Below are positions 12,939 to 26,199 of a stretch of 64,000 nucleotides of DNA, piece by piece. The stretch comes from Lytechinus pictus (Eukaryota). The position numbers and the translations under genes are program-made. Position 1 is the first letter of the stretch, and every line of letters starts with the position of its first letter. The notes under the pieces are model-generated. The model ran no database searches and had not been told where the DNA came from. It saw nothing but the letters and a program-made list of their open reading frames with translations. Location: assembly GCF_037042905.1 (NCBI RefSeq), contig NC_087250.1, forward strand, positions 11,162,001 through 11,226,000, read 5' to 3'.

Positions 12939-13904
12939 TATGTATAAGCAAATATATGCTTGAAGCATTGCAGCCAAAACAGGGAAGGGCTACATGGAAA
13001 CCTAGGAAATTAATTGTGTCTGTAAGAAAAGAAAATTAATGTCACGAATCATCAGATAACGGGGAAAAAAGTAGAAATTGACAAATGAAGTGTGTGCTAG
13101 TGAGTGCTAGTGGGTGCAAGTGCAGGTGAGAGATTTATGAATATCTGGATAAAATATATATTTTTAATGAAGCTTTAAAAGAAAAGACAGATGCAGTGAG
13201 TTTAATATGATTGGGTATGTTGTTCCATATATCTGGGCCGTGGTGTCTAATTGTTTTCTGTGCTAAAATTATTTTCGGGTTTGTCAAATGAAAGTCTGAG
13301 GAGTGACGTGTAGGATATGAATGAATGTCCCTATTGTAAGTAAAACTGTTTTGAAAGGATGTAGGTAAAGCATTGGTTGAGAATTTGTACATAAAAATGG
13401 CAGATTGTAAAGTATGGATATCGTTTATATTCAACGTTTTGAGTTTCCGAAAAATGGGATCAGAGTGAGCTAAATATTGCGAATGGGTGCAAATACGGAG
13501 TGCCTTTTTTTGAAGGCACAGAATTGAATCTATTTTTGTTTTATTGCTATTACCCCACAATATATTGCAATATGAAATATGTGATAAAATAAAAGAATTG
13601 TACAACATAAATAGTGATCTTTGGGAAAGAAAATATTTGATTTTATATAATATACCAATACCTCTGGCAACTAGTGTGCTAACATTATGAATGTGGCTGT
13701 TCCAAGTTAAATTAGAATCGATTATTACCCCTAAAAATGTTGTCTCTTGTTTTTCAATGAGACTGATGTTATTAATTTGAATGGAACCACGAAATGTATG
13801 TTTAGAATTAAGGTGTTTAAAGTATATGCAATTTGTTTTGTCAATGTTTAAGGAGAGTTTGTTTGATTTAAACCACATAGACAATTTATCTAATTCGTGA
13901 TTAA

Positions 13905-14250
13905 CCCTTTGCGTGCGACGGGCTTCCACAGAAGCCCAGCGAGTTGTTCACTTAGCTACGACGGGCTTCTACAGAAGCCGAGATATGTTTGGTTTAATTC
14001 AATGAAGTTTTACAGCTTTTTCGTAATTGTTATGTACTAAGACCTCTGCCACTATTTCCTTTATAAACCTATTTCGATAACAGATTGAAAAAAATATACG
14101 GCTACGTGGGGAAAAATCCCGAAAATAGGAAATCATTTCAACTTTACCCGATTTTTTCTTTGGAGTCTGACGGGGAGGGTAAATTTTGTGACGAGCACGT
14201 ACGCGCGCGCACAAGGCCTGATCACGTGATTTGTTCTGATCACGTGATTT
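13905..14250 (+). mobile_element. Left end of a piggyBac-like non-autonomous element
   Basis: TTAA|CCCTTTGCGTGCG begins exactly where the CR1/L2 homology stops. Repeated motif CGACGGGCTTC(C/T)ACAGAAGCC. The right end was not found. Confidence 0.5.
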
Positions 14251-14380
14251 GATCCATATCGTTGTTCTGATAGATTTGGGGGGTCTGGGATGGGAGGGGA
14301 TGGGGGCCTCAATTTTTGGGATCCCCTTTGGTGGGGGATTGGCTCCGGTGTTCGGTTATTTGTTTTATATCGTTTTTTTC

Positions 14381-17300
14381 ATGAGTCTCCAGATTAGGTG
14401 CAAATTGATCTCCCTCAATGTGAAAGGAATTAGAGATAGTGATAAAAGAGACCGTATCTTTTTTTGGTGTAAAGATAAAGGAGCCGATATTGTCTTTTTG
14501 CAAGAAACCTTTAGTACTAGGGAATGTGAGGGTAGATGGGATTTATCGTGGGACGGCACCACTTATTTTAGTCATGGTTCAGCTCATAGCAAGGGTATAT
14601 TAGTTTTAATTGCGCCAACGGTAGATATAGAGATATTACAGGTCTTAAGAGACAATGAGGGTAGATTTATATTCATAGATTGTAAGTTTCAAGGGGTTAG
14701 GTTGATTTTAGGAAATGTATATTTTCCTACAAGAAATTTTGAAAATGAACAATTGCAATTTCTAAAAAAAAATACGAAATACCCTTGCTAGGTTGAATAA
14801 AGATAGATATCCTGTTATAATAGGTGGTGATTTTAACATGATTAGGGACAATAATTTAGATTATAACGGACAATCTCTAAATAGGATTTCAAATAGATTT
14901 AATCGAGACTTTGGAAAATTTATGGAAGACTTTCAATTTTTTGATGTTTGGAGAGTTAGACATCCTCTGAAAAGACAATTTACATATATGCAAAAGAACC
15001 CCTTCATGCAAAGCAGACTTGATTACTGGATAATTTCAGAATGTTTAGAGGAAATGGTTATAAAGTGCGATATAATTCCATCTGTGGCCCCTGATCATCA
15101 TTCAATTTTTGTACTCTTATTCGACAAAACAAAAAATAAAGTTATTGGTGGGAAGAGGTCATATTGGAAGTTTAATAACAGTTTATGTGAAAATGAAGAT
15201 TATGTTAAAGAATTGAAGAAAGAAATTCGTGAATTGAGAAATGAATTGCAATCTGAAATAAAAGATAAAAGGTTGTTATGAGATTTTCTAAAAATGAAAA
15301 TTCGAAGGTTTACACAAAAATTCTCGACAAAATTGGCTGATAAAAGAAGGATAATGAAAACGGATCTAGAAAGAGAAATACAGTTTTTAGAAGAACAATT
15401 GAAAGATCGTACTGATGCAAATATTTTAGAAAAACTAGAAAATACAAAAGAGAAATTAAGGGAAATCTATAGTTATGTTAATGAAGGTCTTAAGGTTCGA
15501 TCTCGTGCCACCTGGTATGAATGTGGTGAGAGAGACTCGCGTTATTTCAACCAGTTGATGCAAAGTAATAAAAGAAAAACCTCAATTGAAAAAATTAAAA
15601 CCACAGATGGAAACATCTGCTGTGATGAAAAAAGAATAAGTGAAGAAATTAGGAAATTTTACAGTAGGTTGTATGATAAAGTAGAGTGCGTGTGTTCGGA
15701 TAACCTCTTTGATGAATTTTTTCAAGGATTACCTGAATTGGCGGAGACATCTCGAGAACTTTGTGAAGGAGTAATAAGTAACAAAGAATGTCTAGAAATT
15801 TTAAAAGAATTGAAACATAACAAATCACCTGGAAATGACGGTCTTTCTTCGGAGTTCTACTATACTTTTTGGCCGGATATTGGAGATTTAGTTAAAGATG
15901 CTTTAAATGAGGCATATTTGTCCGGGGAATTGGCTTCGTCGCAAAAACAAGCAGTTATTACGTTAATCGCTAAAGATGGGAAAGATCCTCTTTTATTGAA
16001 AAATTATAGACCCATATCCCTTCTTAACGTAGATTACAAAATTTTAACAAAAATCTTGGCTAAGCGAATCAAGAAAATACTTAATGAAATCGTTGTGGGG
16101 GATCAGGTGGGTTACATATAAGGTAGAAATATTGGTGAAGCCATTCGTACTATAGATGACGTCATTTTTCATACATCCCATTTTAATCTACCTGGTTTTT
16201 TGTTAGCTATAGATTTTGAGAAGGCCTTTGACTCGTTATCACATCATTTTCTTCAAAAGGCTCTGACGGCTTTTGGCTTTGGTCCATCCTTTCAGAGATG
16301 GGTCAAAGTTTTGTATACTGATACTTTAAGTTGCGTTTTAAATGAAGGACATTCCACCGGCTATTTTGAAATAAAAAGGGGGGTAAGGCAAGGGGATCCT
16401 CTTAGTCCTTACCTTTTTATTTTGTGTATTGAAGTAATGGCTCATAAATTACGAAAAGATAATCTGATTGAAGGAATTAAATTTGGAGATGAAGAAATTA
16501 AATTAGCTCTTTATGCAGACGATATGACAGTTTTTGCTCGTAATGTAAAATCAGTTGATAGACTAAAAGTTCTATTCGCAGATTTTGAAAAACTTTCTGG
16601 ATTAAAAATCAATAATGAAAAAACTAAAGTATTAAAATTAGGTTCATGCCAACATTTGGATTATGACTTTTCCTTCGGCGAGATTGTGGATTTTCTTAAA
16701 GTTTTAGGAGTATTTTTCACATTAGATGAACATAAGAAAGAAGATCTAAATTACAAAGAAATCTTAAGCAAAATTAAAACACTCTTGAACTTTTGGAAGT
16801 TAAGGGATATAACGCTTATGGGGAAAATTCAACTATTGAAGGTGCATATCTATTCTAAAGTCCTCTTCCGAGCGTCTCTTACTCCTGTTCCTAAGTGGGT
16901 TTATGAATCATTGGATGAATTAACTTTTGATTTTATGGAAAGGTAAGAAAGACAAAATTAATAGGAATACAATGTTTTTAGACTATAAGCAAGGAGGATT
17001 AAAGATGTTAAACTTCCCAGTACAGGTAAAGGCACAGCGAATAATGTGGATTAAAAGACTTTTAAATAAAGATGAAGATATGAAATGGAAACAGTATTTT
17101 AATTTTGCCACTAAACATTTGGGTGGAGATTTGTTATTTTCATGTGACTATATACCAGGTTTATTGAAAGTAACAGCTTCCAAATTTTACATGGACTTAT
17201 TAGAAGAGTGGGTAAATATAAGACATATTAGGAGTACAGAGTTTGGGAAAGTGGTGATTTTTAATAATAAGCTTATTCGATATAAAGGGAGTTGTATATT

Positions 17301-18171
17301 TGATAAGATTTTATACGATAAAGAGGTTTATAGATTGCATCATATTTTGGATAATAACGGTAAACTAAAATGTGATACACATTTTCTTAATTTGAATTTA
17401 GATGCAAAGGATGTTGAAAAGATTAAGCATATTTATGCCTGTTTACCCGTTAGTTGGAAGAAAAATATTGAAATAAATACAAAGCATAACTCTGGAATCG
17501 ATTTCAATTTGGGTAAAAAAACGACTAATTTAATGTTTTTAAAATCAAAAGAAATATACGAACAGCTGTTGTATAAAAATGAAATTAAACCTTCTATTTT
17601 TGACAGAATTAGAACGAATTATGATCTTACCAATAAGGAAATAGAAAGTATATTTTTAAGACTAAGATATTGCACACTGAATAGTCGATTAAGGGAGTTC
17701 CAGTATAAACTCTTGCATAATATTATATACACTAACCACCACCTTTTCCGTTTTGGTCTTACTTTGACCAATTTATGCTCATTTTGTGAAAAGGAAGAAG
17801 AAACGTATGAACATCTATTTTATACTTGTGAATTTTCAAAATCACTTTGGGATCTGTGTGCAAGAAGTTTAAATTTTGAAATAAATAAATTTAGTTGGCA
17901 GGAAATTCTTTTCGGGAAGCAGGAGAAAAGTAAAGGTAAATATCAATTAATTAATCATATCTTGATTTTAGTTAAATATCTTATTTACAAAAACCGAGAA
18001 TTGAAAAAACCTCCTTCATTGATTGAAATAAAAAATAGTATTAGGGGGGATCAAAGAGAAGAAAAGAAATTAGCAACAAAGAGGGGTACTCTTACAATCC
18101 ATTTCTCCAAATGGGAAAACTTAAATATTATACCATTTATTGGTGCCCAGAGTCAGTTCTCCACCGGATAG
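14381..18171 (+). pseudogene. Tx1/L1-clade LINE ORF2 (APE endonuclease, RT, C-terminal zinc finger), disrupted
   Basis: SLNVKG, FLQET, IIGGDFN, SRLDY, PDHH, SPGNDG, NYRPISLLNVDYK, DFEKAFD, GVRQGDPLSP, YADD, CSFC..ETYEHLF. Lesions: frameshift near the A-run at ~14765, stops at 15279 and 16119, frameshift at ~16930. 3'UTR and A-rich tail run to ~18630. Confidence 0.95.
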
Positions 18172-19099
18172 GGGATGGGGTGTCCAAGGGAGGGTCGGGG
18201 GGGGGGTATGGGACCAGGGCTGAGTTTGTATTTCAGTTTGAATTTATTTGAGTGAAGAGGCCGAGGTGATGGGTTTAAAAAATATATGCTGATGGCTTCA
18301 ATTCGTTTAAGTTTTAGTAATGATTTATTCTGTAATTGGAAAATCTCTTATGTTTTTTATTTGATACTGAAAAAAAAAAATTCAATATGTTGATTTTACT
18401 GTAGACGTTTCTTCTTGATGCATATAATTATCAACAATGTTATTTATAATTATGTATTGGAAGATGTCTAACATTGTGTTTAACATTCATGAAAAAAAAA
18501 AAAAATATGTTGAATTTATGAGTTGTCAAGGTATTTGTAAAGACATCAAAGTTCTATTTGTTTGTTATATATATTTTATTTTGTATATGAATTGAAGTTG
18601 TCAATAAAAACTACTCAATAATAAAAAAATATACGCTAACATCTTTTCTGCAAGATCGTCACGTATTAAGCTACACGTTTATTCACCATTTTCGTCTTAT
18701 TTGTTAAATCAAGAAGATATAACTCTAGATAGAAAGATATCTCCTTGGTTTCATCGATCGATTGTATTTTCAGAAAAACAAAAAGCTTGAGAGTTGGCAA
18801 AAACGAGGCATTCTCTCGGAACCGTTTCCGATGAAAAGAGAGAAAGGGGGGGGGGGAGACGTTTACATGTATTCTATATCAAAATGAAATGGTAATTTTG
18901 GTAATTCCCCATTCATTAGAATCTAACAAATGATGATCCATGTCAGTAACCCCCGTCAGTATCATAATTTATTCAGATTATCAAATTGCTCGGAAAGAAA
19001 CTAAGCAAAAGCGTAGTTTTAAATTAGGAATTATATAGTTTCTCACTATTTCAATTAAAGTTGGTGAATCGCCCGGAGAAGCATTCAAAATTACTAATC

Positions 19100-20750
19100 A
19101 AATGAATCAAAAGCATTTCCTGCGAGTTTAGACAAATATGCATAAATTCGCATATTTAATAAAGAAATTTAGCAAATAATAAAGAAGAAGAAGCATATTT
19201 TGTGATTATGAATACATTTTTTGAATTGTGAAAATACAAATAAATTAGCATATTTAATGAGTTTCCAAATTATGTGTAAATCTTTCAAATTCCCAACCTA
19301 GTGCTATCATTTATAGCAATCAGAAATGAAATTGGACCTGAAATTACGAAGAAAGGGCATTTTGAAATTCGGTCAACAAAAAAGAAGAAGAGGCATTTTC
19401 AGTGATTTATGAATTTCGCATCAAATTAGCATAAATATATTTTTAGTAAAAATGTCAAAATTCTGTGTCAATTTTCAGTGAACCTCATGCAGCTTTACCT
19501 GATGAAAGAAAGAAATAACCATCATCGGTCAATAATTAAAGAAATAGGGGCATTTTATGTGATTATTTTTTTTAACTACACGTAAATTGATTTCGCATAA
19601 ATTAGCATAACAATTTTTCTTGTCAAAATTTCAAAATTCTGTGTAAATTTTTGATAAAAATCAAGAAGCTCTACCAGAAGGAAGCAAAAAAAAATAAATA
19701 AATAAAACATCAGTCAGCAAACACCAAGAGTGAAGCATTTTTTTTTATAAAAAAAAAATGCGCATAAATTAGCATATTTAATACGTTTTTAAATTATGTG
19801 TAAAAGTTTTTAATTCCCTACCTAGTGCTATCATAAAAAGCAAACATAATTGTAATCGGACTTGAAATGATGAAGAAGAAGCTTTTTAAAATTCGGTCAA
19901 CAAATAAAGAAGAAAAGGCATTTTCTGTGATTTATGCCTTAGCATAACAATTTTTCTTGACAAAATTTCAAAATTCTGTGTAAATTTTTGATAAAAATCA
20001 AGAAGCTCTACCAGAAGGAAGCCAAAAAAAATAAATAGATAAAATATCAGTCAGCAAACACCAAGAGAGAAGCCTTTTTTTTTTAATAAAAAAAAAATGC
20101 GCATAAATTAGCATATTTAATGCGTTTTTAAATTATGTGTAAAAGTTTTTAATTCCCTACCTAGTGCTATCATAAAAAGCAAACATAATTGCAATCGGAC
20201 TTGAAATGATGAAGAAGAAGCTTTTTAAAATTCGGTCAACAAATAAAGAAGAAAAGGCATTTTCTGTGATTTATGACTTTCGCATAAATTAGCATAAATA
20301 ATTTTCTACCCGACTTTGAAAATTTGGTGAACCTCATAAAGCTCTACCAGATGGAAAAGAAAATTCCAAAATCGGTCGACAATTAAAGAAGAATAGATAC
20401 TTAATGTGATCTTTTCAAACTTTTCAAACGCATAAATGACCAAAAAATGTTCTATTCAAAAGGTCACAAATATGTGAAAAAAGTTTGGTGAACTTCATGA
20501 AACTCTACTAGATGGAAGAAAAAAAAAACGGTTAATAAAGAAGGAGAAGCATTTTTGGTGAATTTTGAATAATGTGCATAAATTAGCATATTTAAAGAGT
20601 TTTAAAAATCTCTGTAGAAGTTTTGATCCCTTGTCTGGTGCTATGATATAAAGCAAGCAGAACTGAAATCGGACTTGGAATGACGAAGAAGAAGCATTTT
20701 GAAATTGTGGACGGACGACGGACGCCACGCCACGGCATAAGGAGCTGAAA
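19100..20750 (+). repeat. Complex interspersed repeat built from subrepeats, with a 337-bp internal tandem duplication
   Basis: Recurrent GCATAAATTAGCATA and GAAGAAGAAGCATTT motifs. Near-identical blocks start at 19602 and 19939. Ends GGACGGACGACGGACGCC...GAGCTGAAAA. Confidence 0.75.
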
Positions 20751-21499
20751 ACACGTTCATCATGCTTTGGAAAACGTGAAGCAGCTTACCACCGCAAATC
20801 CTCAATTACTAAATTCTTACAAGGTTCCCTACCCATAATGCAACACATTGCGCTGTGCATTTATCCTTAAAATAAAAGAAGTTCCTGCAGCAGAGTCTCG
20901 AGAACACCCGTAACCTTACCAGATTGCGTGAGATTACAGGAAATCGGTATTTGGTGTATGTAACCTTACAAATTTCCTTAAATAAAACACCCTTTTCCCC
21001 TTCGTAAACAGACCTCTTCTGTTCAATTGCAGTAAACTTCCCGTTTTATGAATTAACAGAATAATTATGTTATTGCTTTCTGAAAGATCTTCTTTTTTTT
21101 CTGTAAAATCAGGGTTTTCTTAACAGTGTGAGGAGTGTAGGTTTGTTAACAAATTTTCGGCATTACTCCTATTTGTTTAAGATCAGTATGCTCGATCTGT
21201 AGGTTTGCTATAATAGTCCCACTTTAATGGTAAATTCATTCCTCAATACATCTTACAGCAATAATACAAAAATCTTGTTGCAAAAAATCCCATGTAAAAA
21301 GAAAAAAAATGCAGTTTCACGATACAAATGAAATAATTTTATAATTGACTTTCTTTATTATCAATAATTATCTCAAAATGTAAATTTTAAGACTACCTGT
21401 TTACAACCCACATTCAATGCACACACACGCACACTTATTTTCTTAATTTTTCTTCTTTCTCCTTTTCTGATGATTTGTGACGTAAGATTTTCTTCAAGA

Positions 21500-21770
21500 C
21501 CTATGGAATATAATTGGTTTCCATGTAGCCCCTTTTCCTTTTGGCTGCTACTACTCCACATTTATTTTGCTAATATAGTTTGCCACTGCATTTGTTTTTC
21601 ACTACTTTGTCTTATCATTAATTTGTATTTATGTCTAAATTTTGTTATGGCACTGCTATAAATCTGTCATATTACAATGTACTTTAATGTCATGTTACGA
21701 TTATGTTAATGTATTGTACATTTATTTTGACTTTACAATAAATGCAGAAACACCTGCAAAAAGAAGAAAG
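21500..21770 (+). mobile_element. 3'UTR remnant of the same CR1/L2 family as 10024-13900
   Basis: GGTTTCCATGTAGCCC...TTTTGGCTGC...TATAGTTTGCC.CTGCATTT...AATAAATGCAGAAA..CCTGCAAAAA matches the reverse complement of the other copy. Confidence 0.75.
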
Positions 21771-23395
21771 ACAACAAACAAGTGTTTAATGGGAGTATGA
21801 GAGTATTAATATCTCGTTTACCATCTGATTTTTTTTCTGATACTTTGAAATTGGCAATCTCGCTTACTCGTGTACGTGTAATGGGTCATGCTGAGACACA
21901 ACGTGATAATTTTATTATTGTTATTATTATTGTGGATGAATCCAATGAAGGCTTACATTTAATTCTAATCATATTAAATATCATTATTGTATTGATAACC
22001 ATGGCCATAGTGTGACCATGGCGAATATTACATTCAATTATGCTTAGCCTTGTCCCACGATGGACGGAGACAATGGTTCCAACTGCTATCTCTTAATCTG
22101 ATGATAAAAGAGTTGGAAACCGTAAGCGTTAATTTCTTTCAGCAAGAAATTATTTTTTTACTCTACTCTGTGTTTTTGCTGGATTTTTCTTTTAAAAAGC
22201 AGAGCACTCTTACACCATACACTGTCAAAACGTTATTTAAAATCAGAATGATGATAACCATAATTATGAAACTTACAGTAGATGTTTATTAGTTTAAAAA
22301 CTGTTTAAAAACTGTATTAAGCATGATTGTTTAAGCACAACCATGCCTAATTTATTGAGAATTGAAAATTATTATCCTCATACCATGCATACAAATCTTT
22401 GATTTTATTCATTTAAATCCTTTCATTTAGTTTTAAGTACCTCATTACCGTGGTCCACTACCATGGTATTTATTTATTTCCTTTTTTGGGAGGAGGGGGG
22501 GGGGGGGGTTAACAATGTTTGGGTGAATCAGCACTTTTCACAACCTCTACCACTATTACAAGCTTGATTCCTACTCAAAAAAAAAAAAGGCATGCATTAA
22601 CGACAAGATATAAACTGATCATTAATGTCTTTTAACTCATATCTAGAGCAGGGTCTTATCATCTCTCATAATACAAAAAGAAACCGCATGAGCGACATAA
22701 CTTCTTTCAAATTGAAAGCTAATTTCTTAGATACCTCCTTGATACCATGTAGCATATTCTTATATTTCTCTCTCTCATTCTCTCTACCTTCTAAAGGGGG
22801 GGGGGGGGTGATTCTGAATAGCTACTGAGCATACTCAATAAACCAAATCAGCCAAAATATCGTCAGGTGAGCGGAAATATCAATGACAGTACAAACAAAA
22901 GTGAAGACAAGAGCGGTACAATAATTTATTATAAGTCCCCGATGGAAGGGGGGGGGGGGTGGTTACTGGAAAGAGCAGTGTTCCACAATGTGTGTCACAT
23001 TGTGTTCACAGTGTAGAACACAATGATAAATCACCTCCACACTGTTAACTTTGAGCATTTCAACAGTGCAAGATTTCATATAATCGACCGAGGTGAAAAT
23101 ATCTTCACACTGATGAATTCGAGCATTTTGGCAATGTGAATAATATATTTGCATATTCCACTGTGTGAACACACTGTGATAACAACTGTGTTCTTTCTAG
23201 CAGTCGGACGGGGTAGTCTATTGGGAAACTATTACACGTGCGGGAGTTTTTATACTCTGATTTGATATTTGAGTCTTGTGACACATTCGTTAAAAAGGAT
23301 AAACATGACATCAAAGTAGGCCTTAACTACTTCCTATTTATTGATCGATTATTCATTTCAATACAAATGCAGCAAACACATAAGTATATAATATG

Positions 23396-23707
23396 GGCCC
23401 GTATTCTGACGTCGGGTTTAACTTAAACTTAGGTTTAAAGTTGTGGTTTAAGTATGGATAGCCAATTGTTACATAAATCACTAACTGTAGGGATATCATA
23501 TTTCAGCTCATTTGGCTCTCAAATCATTCATAATTTTCTAGGAAGTAGAAATAGATGATTGCCTTCACCATCGACGAATCGGGAAAGAGCACAGTAAACA
23601 TAAGAAACATACAACTTCATAAAAAAATTGACACTTTTGGCTTCCCATAATTTTAGCACAGAGTTAGCCCATGGTCTAAAGTTAAACCTGAGTTCAGAAT
23701 ACGGGCC
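23396..23707. mobile_element. Harbinger-like MITE
   Basis: GGCCCGTATTCTGA...TCAGAATACGGGCC, with TATG on both flanks. Confidence 0.75.
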
Positions 23708-23803
23708 TATGGGTTTATAATATTAGAAGACCAGTGAACTATTCGATGGAACAACAAATGATCGATATAAATACTTAACATTTCTGGTAACGTGCGTGAA
23801 CAC

Positions 23804-24355
23804 GGTTACACTTCGTAATTCCGAAGGTTCGTAATTTCGAAGGTTCTTTATTCCGAAGGTTCGTAATTCCGAAACATGTAAATTGCCTATACCTCGATGT
23901 TCGTTAATCCGAAAACGTAAAAGGGTTCGTAAATCCGAACATTTGTGGCATTATTCAAAAGGTTCGTTATTCCGAAGGCTCGATAATCCGAAAACGAAAT
24001 AAGGTTCGATGTTCCGAAGGTTCGTTAATCCGAAAACGAAATAAGGTTCGTTGTTCCGAAGGTTCGTTAATCCGAAAACGAAATAAGGTTCGTTGATCCG
24101 AAGGTTCGTTAGTCCGAAAACGAAATAAGGATTGTTTTTTCGTTTACGGAGTAACAAACCTTCTGAATTACGAACCTCATTTCGTTTTCGGATTAACGAA
24201 CCTTCGGAATTACGAACCTCACTTCATTTTCGGACTAACGAACCTTCGGAATTACGAAACTCATTTTGTTTTCGGACTAACGAACCTTTGGAATTACGAA
24301 ATTTCGGAAATACGAACCTTCGGAAAAAAGAAGCTTCGGAATTACGAATGTATGC
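23804..24355. mobile_element. Foldback/Mutator-like MITE whose arms are inverted tandem arrays
   Basis: 16-bp units (TTCGTAATTCCGAAGG) and ~39-bp units invert near 24133. The direct repeat GCGTGAACAC flanks both ends (23794-23803 and 24356-24365). Confidence 0.85.
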
Positions 24356-24525
24356 GCGTGAACACATATATCTTAATTTCAAAGCTCTCTGAGATTTAAT
24401 AAATGAACTTCAGTGTTCATACTTGTTAAAGATAAACGTCATATATTTTTAACATAATGAACCATTAACATAATTTATGTAATTTAAACAAAATAAAAAT
24501 CAAATCATGTTATTAATTTATTTCT

Positions 24526-24629
<104 letters not shown>

Positions 24630-26199
24630 AAAAATAAGCTTCATTGCGTGAAAACTGCTAATATACGTGGCATTTAGGTGGCTACGTGAGCGTCATGCGA
24701 ACTACTCTATTAGAATACATGTACAGGTGTAATATAATTATGTATATGAATATGAAAAAGGGCCACGTCCAAAGGAGGTTATTTTGAGAAAATAAAAAAA
24801 GAGGATTTTAAAAATTAGATTTGGGCAATTAAAGTATATTTGGCCCAAGACATCAGAGAACATTATAAAACAAATCAAGTGTACATTTTTATGAGCATTA
24901 ATTTCACGTTACTTGTGGGCGGGGCCTTTTGTCTGGTGGACTTGGATCGCTTTTAGAATTATATGGACTTGGGTCATTCTCAAATTCATATACATGGTAG
25001 ACTTCTGTAGTAAGTAGTAGAAGTAATGAGAGAGGGCGCTATGATATGAATGTAAAAAAAGCCCAAGTACTGGCTCTTCTTTCATTCATACCAGATGTGC
25101 TTCCGTTATTTAAGGCATTTCTGAGATGATTTCATATTTATCACTTATACACAAGATGGGTCATTGTACAAGGGACGATTCCCATATTAAACTAAATTTC
25201 ACCCCAAAAAATTGGACTTGGGCCGTTTTAAAAATGAGAATTACTTTCATGCTTTTCTTCGCAATAGCTCTGAATAAATCGCCATTGATACAATTCTGAG
25301 TACATGCATATTATTTATATCTATAGATCAAATAAAAAGCGATACGCATTCTTCAAATTTTTCATACTCAAACATAAAAAAGCTACGGTCTAAAATATTT
25401 TAGGTACCTCCAAAACACATTTTCCAAACCTTCATATTTAGTCAGAATGCAGGTAACCCAATAAGTCACTGCAACAACAACAAAACAAAAAATGTTTACA
25501 CCCTTTCACATAGGAAACACTACAGTTCATGATTTATGGAAATATGTTATATTTCTTATTTGACGTATGACATTAAAATAAAAAAAAAGTTCAAATTCCA
25601 TGCTTATCAACATGAACATAATGCAATATTTCATTTTTGTAAGAAAAAAAATAAAAACGAATTCACTTATGGATTTATGTGTTCTATTTTTTTATTTTTT
25701 TTATTCTGTAATAATTGTTTTTCTAGATTTTTAGAATATCAATAAAGAAACGTATCTCATCAACCGTCTTGTTCAGCAAATGAGAAGTAGGATTAGAAGA
25801 GAGTCTATATATTCGATTCATTTCATTCCAATCGTTTTAACAATACAATATTATTATAAAGCTTGCAATTGGGGCAACAGTACGAATACAAAAAATTGCA
25901 ATGTTAGTAAAAGTTTATTAAAGTACAAGCATGACGGAAATAGAGTACGGTAAAACTATGTAAATAATAAGTTTGTAATTATAAGAACAAACAGGAACAT
26001 TGCAATATCATTTCAAGCTAAATCATCTCCGAGCATAGGACTCAATAGCTAATTCTATAACTTATCAAAATTGTCAATTTTATTAGGCGAGCTGCGTGTA
26101 ATTTATTGGAATCAAATAACAAAATACATGTATTCAAGACCAAAACTATTCAAGATATAAACATAGACCAAATTAGTAACACACTATTTTGTTTGATAA

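Larger units (their letters stand above)
10024..13900 (-). mobile_element. CR1/L2-group LINE 3' fragment (RT C-terminus plus 3'UTR), split by a Tc1/mariner-like insertion
   Basis: ORF 13135..13929 has WFKSNKLSLNIDKT, FLGVIIDSNLTW, LQKKALR and GPDIWN. Joining 12939-13134 to 10024-10212 gives a 3'UTR ending in AATAAA and an A-tail, matching the copy at ~21500-21770. Confidence 0.85.

Noticed and set aside
23951..24392. Repetitive ORFs (NEPYFVFGLTNLR / NEPSELR repeats)
   Set aside because: Translation artefacts of the 39-bp inverted tandem arrays of a MITE.
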